From the NCBI GenBank assembly GCA_963834965.1, contig CAWIEI010000002.1, positions 27,359 to 91,358 on the forward strand: a DNA stretch of 64,000 nt, written 5' to 3'. Origin of the DNA: an uncultured Actinomycetota bacterium (GTDB lineage: Bacteria; Actinomycetota; Actinomycetes; Actinomycetales; Dermatophilaceae). Made by a program: the position numbers and the translations under genes. Below, piece after piece: positions 57,422 through 64,000 of the stretch (position 1 is the first letter of the stretch; every line of letters begins with the position of its first letter). Below the pieces are notes generated by a model. The model was not told where the DNA came from, ran no database searches, and was given only the letters and a program-made list of their open reading frames with translations.

Positions 57422-58534
57422 TCAGGCCCGGGCATCGTCGATGTCGAGCTCGAGCAGGCCTGCCAGGGAACGGATCTCGCGCTCGACGGCCGCGCGCGCG
57501 GATGCCGACAGGGGCTCGTCCTCGTGCAGGGCGTCGACCCGCAGCAGCCCGGCCACGGGGTCGGCCGTGGCGTCGAGCTTGCCGACCAACCGGTCGCCAT
57601 GGAGCACCGGCATCGCCCAGTAGCCCCAGCGCCGGGCGGCCGCCGGTTTGTACATCTCGAGCTGGTACTCGAACTCGAAGAGGTCCGTCATCCGCTTGCG
57701 GTCGAACACCAGCCGGTCGAGCGGCGACAGCAGCGCGGTACGGCCACGGAACGGCTCGTCCAGCGCCTCGAGCTGCGCCGGGTCGACCCGCCACGTTCCC
57801 CGCACGCCCTCGATGACCGCCGGCTCACCGGCATCCGCCACGTGGTTGGGCTCACCCATGGTCGAGGTCGCCCGGGCGCGGGCGATGCCGAGCGAGGCCA
57901 GCCGGCGACGGTCGCGCTCGGCCGCCGCCTCGTGCCACGGCACGGCGGGGTCGTCGGGCAGCACCCGCTCGGCGAGGTCCCAGAGCCGCTCGCGGCCCTC
58001 GCGGGAGGAGACCGAGACCTCGCCGCGGCGCTCGAGGCAGTGCAGCAGCATCAGCACGTTCTTGCCGCTGTTCCAGCCGCTGGAGCGCCAGGGCAGCACG
58101 CAGGTGTCGGGCAGCTCGCGAGCGGGGAGCGGACCCTCGGCGCGCAGCAGCTGCAGGATGTCGTCGCGGCAGGCCGAGTTGGCGTCGACCCAGTCGGCGG
58201 TGTCCTCCTGCCACTCGCGCAGCGGGGGGCGGCCCGGCCAGTCGTGCATGTCGGCGCGGAACAGGGCCATGTCGCCGGCGGCGTGCACCATGCCGTCGTA
58301 CTCGACGACGGCCCGGTCGACGATCAGGGCGTCGAGGTCACCGCGGCCGTAGGCGGCGCCGAGCCGGCTCCACAGCACGAGGTCGGCACTGGGGGCGACG
58401 GCGGCCGTGAGGTCGACCTGCACCACCCACAGGCGGCGCACGACCTCCATCCGGTCGGTGGGGCGCGGGGCGTCGAGCAGCTGGGCCCGCACCGCGGTGC
58501 GGCGGGCCTGCTGGCGGGTGAGCCGGTGCACCAT
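57422..58534 (-). CDS. YcaQ/AlkZ-like (HTH_42) DNA glycosylase
   Basis: QVD catalytic-type motif; LLSPLDRL, YKPAAARRWGY, LVGKLD. Confidence 0.85.
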   Translation of the reverse strand: MVHRLTRQQARRTAVRAQLLDAPRPTDRMEVVRRLWVVQVDLTAAVAPSADLVLWSRLGAAYGRGDLDALIVDRAVVEYDGMVHAAGDMALFRADMHDWPGRPPLREWQEDTADWVDANSACRDDILQLLRAEGPLPARELPDTCVLPWRSSGWNSGKNVLMLLHCLERRGEVSVSSREGRERLWDLAERVLPDDPAVPWHEAAAERDRRRLASLGIARARATSTMGEPNHVADAGEPAVIEGVRGTWRVDPAQLEALDEPFRGRTALLSPLDRLVFDRKRMTDLFEFEYQLEMYKPAAARRWGYWAMPVLHGDRLVGKLDATADPVAGLLRVDALHEDEPLSASARAAVEREIRSLAGLLELDIDDARA

Positions 58535-58572
58535 GACGCGACGCTAGGGCACGGCGCCGACAGGGCAGGCCC

Positions 58573-59049
58573 TCAGAGCGGCTCGCCGGCGAAGACGAAC
58601 TTGCGGTAGGCCCAGAACCGGAACAGCGTGCCGAGGCCGATGCCGATGATCGTCGCGATGTTGTCGGCCAGGATCGTGGTGAAGCCCAGGGCATAGTGCG
58701 AGATGGTCAGGGTGATGGCCGAGATGACCAGGGCGATGCCGTTCACGCCGAAGAACAGGATGACCTCGTGGCTGGCAGGCCGGCTGCGGCGGTGGCGGAA
58801 GGTCCACTGCCGGTTGCCGACCCACGAGAAGAGGGTCGCGACGGCGCCGGAGATGATCTTGGCGGTGGTGACCTTGTCGGAGAGCACCGTGTGCCACAGC
58901 AGGTTCGCCAAGCCGATGTCGATGATGAAGGCGAGGATGCCGACGACCCCGAACTTGATCATCTCGCGGTAGATGACGTCGACGGCTCCGCGCGCCCGGT
59001 CGAGGCTGCGGGAGGGCCCGCCGGTGGGGGGCGGAGCGGTCGTGGGCAC
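58573..59049 (-). CDS. GtrA-family flippase-like protein
   Basis: KFGVVG, NRQWTF, RFWAYRKFVF; four TM helices. Confidence 0.88.
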   Translation of the reverse strand: MPTTAPPPTGGPSRSLDRARGAVDVIYREMIKFGVVGILAFIIDIGLANLLWHTVLSDKVTTAKIISGAVATLFSWVGNRQWTFRHRRSRPASHEVILFFGVNGIALVISAITLTISHYALGFTTILADNIATIIGIGLGTLFRFWAYRKFVFAGEPL

Positions 59050-59088
59050 CGAAGCAGCCTACCGACCTGCGGTCGCTATCCTCGCCGG

Positions 59089-60273
59089 GTGACCACCCCA
59101 CGGCGCGCACCCGGAGGTTTTCCCGTCGTCGGCATCATCGGTGGGGGCCAGCTGGCACGAATGTGCGCCGGCCCCGCTGCCGAGCTGGGGGTGACCCTGA
59201 GCGTGTTCGCCGAGGCCGACGACGCCAGCGCCGCCCTCGTCGTGCCGAGCTCTCCGGTCGGCGACCACACCGAGGCCGATGCCGTGCACGCCTTCGCACA
59301 GCACTGCGACGTCGTCACCTTCGACCACGAGCACGTGCCCGCGCACGTGCTCGACCTGCTTGTGGCCGAGGGCGTCGAGCTGCACCCCCGGCCGCAGGCG
59401 CTGCGGTTCGCCCAGGACAAGCTCGCCATGCGCGAACGGCTCACCGAGCTGGGGGTGCCCTGCCCGCGGTGGGCGCGCGCCGACAGCGCCGCGGACGTGA
59501 CGGCGTTCGGGGATGCCGTGGGCTGGCCGGTCGTGGCCAAGACCCCGCGCGGGGGCTACAACGGCATGGGGGTCATGGTCGTGCGGGATGCCGGTGAGCT
59601 CACCGGCTGGCTGGAGCGCGCGGCATCCGAGGGCACGGGCCTGCTGCTCGAGGAGCGGGTGCCGTTCGTTCGCGAGCTCGCGGTGCTCCTGGCCCGGAGC
59701 CCGTCCGGGCAGGCTGCCGCGTGGCCGGTGGTGGAGACGGTGCAGACCGACGGCATCTGCACCGAGGTGCTCGCGCCGGCGCCCGGGCTGGATGCCGGGC
59801 TGGCCGCGGCCGTGGTGCACGCCGGGCTGACGGTGGCGGGGGCGCTCGACGTCACCGGGGTGCTGGCCGTGGAGCTGTTCGAGGTGCTGGGGGAGGACCG
59901 GGCGCCCTCCTTCGTGGTGAACGAGCTGGCGATGCGCCCGCACAACTCCGGGCACTGGTCGATGGACGGCGCCGTCACCGGGCAGTTCGAGCAGCACCTG
60001 CGGGCCGTGCTCGACCTGCCGCTGGGGTCGCCGCGACCGCACGGGCCGTGGACCGTGATGGCCAACGTGCTGGGCGGCGACTACGCCGAGCTGTACCCGG
60101 CATACCGTCACGTCATGGCGCGCGACCCGGAGGCCAAGGTGCACATGTACGGCAAGGGCGTGCGGCCCGGCCGCAAGATCGGGCACGTCAACATCTGCGG
60201 CGACGACCTCGCCGACCTGCGTGAGCGGGCCCGGCACGCGGCCGACTACATCCAGGGAGCAGTGATCGAGTGA
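59089..60273 (+). CDS. purK: N5-carboxyaminoimidazole ribonucleotide synthase
   Basis: [32 protein letters not shown]. Confidence 0.95.
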   Translation: MTTPRRAPGGFPVVGIIGGGQLARMCAGPAAELGVTLSVFAEADDASAALVVPSSPVGDHTEADAVHAFAQHCDVVTFDHEHVPAHVLDLLVAEGVELHPRPQALRFAQDKLAMRERLTELGVPCPRWARADSAADVTAFGDAVGWPVVAKTPRGGYNGMGVMVVRDAGELTGWLERAASEGTGLLLEERVPFVRELAVLLARSPSGQAAAWPVVETVQTDGICTEVLAPAPGLDAGLAAAVVHAGLTVAGALDVTGVLAVELFEVLGEDRAPSFVVNELAMRPHNSGHWSMDGAVTGQFEQHLRAVLDLPLGSPRPHGPWTVMANVLGGDYAELYPAYRHVMARDPEAKVHMYGKGVRPGRKIGHVNICGDDLADLRERARHAADYIQGAVIE

Positions 60274-60809
60274 GCACGCACGCGGACGGGAGCACCCCGC
60301 TGGTCGGTGTCGTCATGGGGTCCGACTCCGACTGGCCGGTCATGGAGGGAGCGGTCGTCGCGCTCGAGGAGCTCGGGGTGGCGTGCGAGGTCGACGTCGT
60401 CTCGGCGCACAGGATGCCGGAGGAGATGGTCGAGTACGGTCGCTCGGCCGAGTCGCGCGGGCTGCGCGTGATCATCGCCGGTGCCGGGGGCGCTGCCCAC
60501 CTGCCGGGGATGCTCGCGTCGGTCACCTCGCTGCCGGTCATCGGGGTGCCGGTGCCGCTGAAGTATCTCGACGGGATGGACTCGCTGCTGTCGATCGTGC
60601 AGATGCCGTCGGGCGTGCCGGTGGCGACCGTGTCGGTGGGTGGGGCGCTCAACGCCGGCCTGCTCGCCGCCCGCATCCTCGGCGCAGGGGAGGGGGCGGA
60701 GGCGGAGCGGCTGCGGGGGGCGCTGGCGCAGTTCCGCGAGAACCTGCGCGACCAGGCACAGGCCAAGGGAGCGGCGCTGCGGGAGCGTCGGGCGACCGAC
60801 CGCGGGTAG
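60270..60809 (+). CDS. purE: N5-CAIR mutase
   Basis: [27 protein letters not shown]. Confidence 0.96.
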   Translation: MSTHADGSTPLVGVVMGSDSDWPVMEGAVVALEELGVACEVDVVSAHRMPEEMVEYGRSAESRGLRVIIAGAGGAAHLPGMLASVTSLPVIGVPVPLKYLDGMDSLLSIVQMPSGVPVATVSVGGALNAGLLAARILGAGEGAEAERLRGALAQFRENLRDQAQAKGAALRERRATDRG

Positions 60810-60898
60810 TCCCGGCGTCGGCTTCGATCTGGTCGAGGGCTCACCGCGTCGAGGGTAGTTTCTGCTGAGGGCGAACTGGGCCTGTGGATGCTTGATAC

Positions 60899-60921
60899 TC
60901 GAACAGGCGTTCGGTTATGAT
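60899..60921 (+). promoter_or_regulatory. LexA (SOS) box adjacent to a -10 element
   Basis: TCGAAC-AGGC-GTTCGG matches the actinobacterial CGAAC-N4-GTTCG consensus; TATGAT at 60916-60921. Confidence 0.8.
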
Positions 60922-60926
60922 TGGGC

Positions 60927-62528
60927 ATGGCATCTCGGGGGTTGGGTCTGGCGGAGCGTCGCTCCGTGATGCTGCTGCTGCTGACGCGCTGGTCGGGTTC
61001 GGTGGGGCGGTGCACGAGGCGTCGGATGAGCAGCTGGCTGAGCTGATGGGTGAGGCGGATGCGCTTGGCGGCTCAGGCTGCGTGCGGCGCGTGCAGAGGT
61101 GGCGGTGGAGGCGGTCCGGCGGGGTGTGGTGGCCGGGTCGGGGATGAACGCGCAGGCGTGGGTGCGGGAGTGTGCGCCGTCGTTGCGGCAGGGCGGTGCT
61201 GGGCAGGTCGCGAAGCTCGCGGTCGAGGTCGCGGGGTGTCCCGGGCGGCGGGGTCGTTGGCGCCGGATGCCGCGGCGGAGCCGGACCCTGCGTCGCCGTT
61301 GGGGTTGGTGTGGGCGGGGGTGGTCGCGGCGGAGGTGTCGCCGAGTTTGGCGTTGTCGGCTCTGGGTGAGGTGGCCCGGTTGGAGCCGCGTCTGGAGCCG
61401 GAGGCGGTGCCGACGGTGACCCGGGCGTTGCTGGGGTTGGGCACGGTGTGGGGTGCGGGTCTGATGCGGAAGCTGCGTCCGGCGATGATCGCGAAGTATG
61501 GGCATCAGGGGGAGCTGGACGACGTGCAGGAGCGGTTGGCTCCGGTGGCGCGGTTGTCGCAGCCGTGGGTGGCGTCGGGGGATGTGACGGAGTATCAGCT
61601 GGTGGTGACTCCGGAGCAGGCGGCGGTGTTGGAGGCGGCGATCGGGCCGCTCAGTGCGCCTGCTCCGAACGATGAGACCGGGCAGCGGGACCTGCGCCCG
61701 GCGGGGCAGCGGCGGGTGGAGGCGTTGGCCGAGGTCTGCCGCAGGTCGTCGGGGTTGGACGCCGACGGGGCCGGTGGTGACGGGCCGGCGGGGTCGGCGG
61801 CGGCGTTGCACGTGACGATCAGCCTGGCCGACTTGCAGGAGATGACGGGGGCGGGGGAGGTGCTCGGGTCGACCGCGACGGGGGTGTTGTTGTCGCCGCA
61901 GGTGCTGCGGCGGGTGGCGTGTGACGCGGCGTTGGTCCCGCACGTGCTGGGCACGGCGGGGGAGGACCTGGACCTGGGGCGGGTGGTGCGCCTGTTCACC
62001 CGGGCCCAGCGTCGCCGGTTGTGGCGCCGGGACCGGACCTGCACCTTCCCGGGGTGTTCGGCGCCGGCGAGCTGGGCGAAGGCGCATCACGTGCTGCACT
62101 GGGCCGATGGTGGCCGGTCCGATGTCGACAACGCGGCGTTGTTGTGTCAGCGCCACCACACGTTCGTGCACCAGCGACGGCTGTGGGCCGACGTGCGCAC
62201 GACCCCTGACGAGCTGGGCCGGTCCGTCATCTGGGACCTGCACCCCGGCTCGTATGACCGGCAGCTGGAATGGCTGGCCCGGCAACGCGCCGAGCACGAC
62301 CCGCCACCGCTGACCCGGCAGCGGCTGCTGCAGCTGGTGGCTGCGGTCACCCACCGTGACGAGGCCGACCGGCGCCTGGCCCAGCACGACCTCGACCAGC
62401 TCAGCGACGCCTGGCACGACTGGGACCACCACGCCCAGACCGCCATCGACCCCGACGACCCCGACTACCGCGCCTGGCACGAGACCCACCTGACCGCCGT
62501 CGCAGCCGCGACCCACCATGCCGCGTGA
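60927..62528 (+). pseudogene. DUF222-HNH endonuclease (13E12-like) gene with several 5' frameshifts
   Basis: RDRTCTFPGC, AHHVLHWADGG, NAALLCQRHH; the N-terminus is spread over different frames (ORFs at 60917, 61099, 61050). Confidence 0.82.
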
Positions 62529-62574
62529 GGCGTGCACCCGACGTGCCGGCGGATGCGATGACTCTGCGGACCCT

Positions 62575-62644
62575 GTCGTCTGTGCCCCTTCCCCTGGCAG
62601 CCCTTCAACGTCGTCTGTGCCCCTTCCCCTGGCAGCCCTTCAAC
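62575..62644 (+). repeat. Perfect 35-bp tandem duplication
   Basis: GTCGTCTGTGCCCCTTCCCCTGGCAGCCCTTCAAC occurs twice. Confidence 0.95.
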
Positions 62645-62706
62645 CGCGGCCGTTCGCCCGCGAAACCAGGTTGACCGGCCAGCCCAGCCCTGCGCCCAAT
62701 GGGACG

Positions 62707-63381
62707 GTGAACCAGCCCCGCTGCGTCGTGCTCGTCGAGGGCCACAGCGACCGGGTGGCACTGCGCACGCTGGCGCAGTGCCTGGGGCGCGATCTCGACG
62801 CGGAGGGAGTCGAGGTGGTGGCCATGGGTGGCATCACCAACACCCGGGCCTTCGCGAAGAGGTACGGACCGCTGGGGCTGGGCCTGCCCCTCGCGGGGCT
62901 CTACGACATCGGGGAGCGGGCCGTGCTCCGGCGCGGGCTTCGCGCGGCGGGTCTGGCGGACCCGCTCGAGCCGTACGCGTTCGAGCCGGACGTAGTCGAG
63001 CCGGAGGCAATCGGGCCGGAGGCAATCGAGCCGCCCGCATTCGAGCGGCTCGGCTTCTACGCGTGCGACCGCGACCTCGAGGACGAGCTGCTGCGCGCGC
63101 TGGGTACCGACGCGGCCGAGGCGGTCATCGCCGAGGCCGGGGAGGCGCAGTCCCTGCGGCTGCTCGCAGGCATGCCAGCACAGCGCGGCTGGACCCGGCT
63201 CGCGGTGCTCCGCCGGTTCCTCGGCTCACAGTCGGGGCGCAAGGCGCGGTATGCCGACCTGTTCGTCCGAGCTCTCGACCCAGACCGGGTGCCCGAGCCG
63301 CTGACCGCGCTGCTCGCCCACGTCCGGCGCGAACCGACCGCCCAGAGTGACGGCGACGTGCCAGGCATCCCACGGCGCTGA
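62707..63381 (+). CDS. Stand-alone OLD-type TOPRIM domain protein
   Basis: VVLVEGHSD, VAMGG, GLYDIGE, DLEDEL. Confidence 0.78.
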   Translation: MNQPRCVVLVEGHSDRVALRTLAQCLGRDLDAEGVEVVAMGGITNTRAFAKRYGPLGLGLPLAGLYDIGERAVLRRGLRAAGLADPLEPYAFEPDVVEPEAIGPEAIEPPAFERLGFYACDRDLEDELLRALGTDAAEAVIAEAGEAQSLRLLAGMPAQRGWTRLAVLRRFLGSQSGRKARYADLFVRALDPDRVPEPLTALLAHVRREPTAQSDGDVPGIPRR

Positions 63382-63432
63382 ACGGCGCTCGGCATCCTGC
63401 GTGGGTGAGGGGCCCACGGCATCCGAGTGTGG

Positions 63433-63885
63433 CTAGCGCTGCATCCCGTCGCGCAGCAACCGTGGCCACTCGATCTTGGGGCAGGTGTCCATCACGACGT
63501 CGAGCCCGGCCGCCCGGGCCCGGCCGGCCGCGGCCTGGTCGACGACGCCCAGCTGCATCCAGATGGCGTCGATCTGCAGGCGGTCCTTGTTGCGGATGGC
63601 GTCGTCGACCACTGCACCCACCAGGGCGCTGTTGACGAAGCAGTCGACGACCTTGATGTGCTGGTCGGGGATGTCGTCCAGCGACGCGTACCCGGGCCCG
63701 CCGTGCACCGCCTCGGCCTTGGGGTGCACCGCGATGATGGGCGTGCCGAGCTCGACGTGCATCCATCGTGAGACGCGGTAGGCCGTGCGCTGCTTGTTAC
63801 CAGACAGGCCCACCACCACCCACACGCCGGGGTCCATGAGGAGCTCGCGGATCAGCTGGGGGTCGTTCTGGTGCTGCATGCCCAT
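63433..63885 (-). CDS. CoA-binding protein (YccU-like)
   Basis: VVGLS, YASLDDIP, AIWMQLGV, VVMDTCPKIE. Confidence 0.88.
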   Translation of the reverse strand: MGMQHQNDPQLIRELLMDPGVWVVVGLSGNKQRTAYRVSRWMHVELGTPIIAVHPKAEAVHGGPGYASLDDIPDQHIKVVDCFVNSALVGAVVDDAIRNKDRLQIDAIWMQLGVVDQAAAGRARAAGLDVVMDTCPKIEWPRLLRDGMQR

Positions 63886-63931
63886 GGCCTCATTCTGCCC
63901 GTGGAGGGCACCGGCAAACCGGAGGCCGAGG

Positions 63932-64000
63932 TCAGTCGTTGCCGAACAGGTCGCGGGTGTAGACCTTGTCGGCCACGTCGCGCAGCTCGTCGACGAGGCG
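63932..64000 (-). CDS. ugd: UDP-glucose 6-dehydrogenase, C-terminal end (partial)
   Basis: ...ELRDVADKVYTRDLFGND* is the typical Ugd C-terminus. Confidence 0.8.
   Translation of the reverse strand, partial: RLVDELRDVADKVYTRDLFGND

Overview
A 64-kb piece of a high-GC actinobacterial chromosome (Micrococcales, Intrasporangiaceae-like; inferred). The backbone is the conserved punA - lpdA - bccA - maf - accE - pccB/accD5 - birA - purK - purE neighbourhood. It is interrupted by accessory blocks: two ABC importers, a LacI-controlled sugar cluster with two LacD-type aldolases, a PecS/PecM pair, a GT2 plus membrane protein pair, TetR/MFS, a LiuR-type acyl-CoA operon, an anaerobe-type GltD-like/nifJ/DHODH-like operon, and an SOS-box-preceded, frameshifted DUF222-HNH gene. 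I found no rRNA, tRNA or CRISPR array. The most unusual signals are non-coding. (1) A 34-bp palindromic repeat sits at gene 3' ends, supplies two stop codons, and brackets a DUF559-type nuclease gene in inverted orientation, resembling REP/RAYT architecture. (2) At least three other 63-75-nt hairpin families occur, two with compensatory stem changes. (3) The heptamer GGATGCC/GGCATCC is strongly over-represented and often overrides codon bias. (4) Two tandem 14-codon mini-ORFs form a MIRU-like relay linking pccB to accE. (5) Three paralogous small proteins lie in a tandem array.
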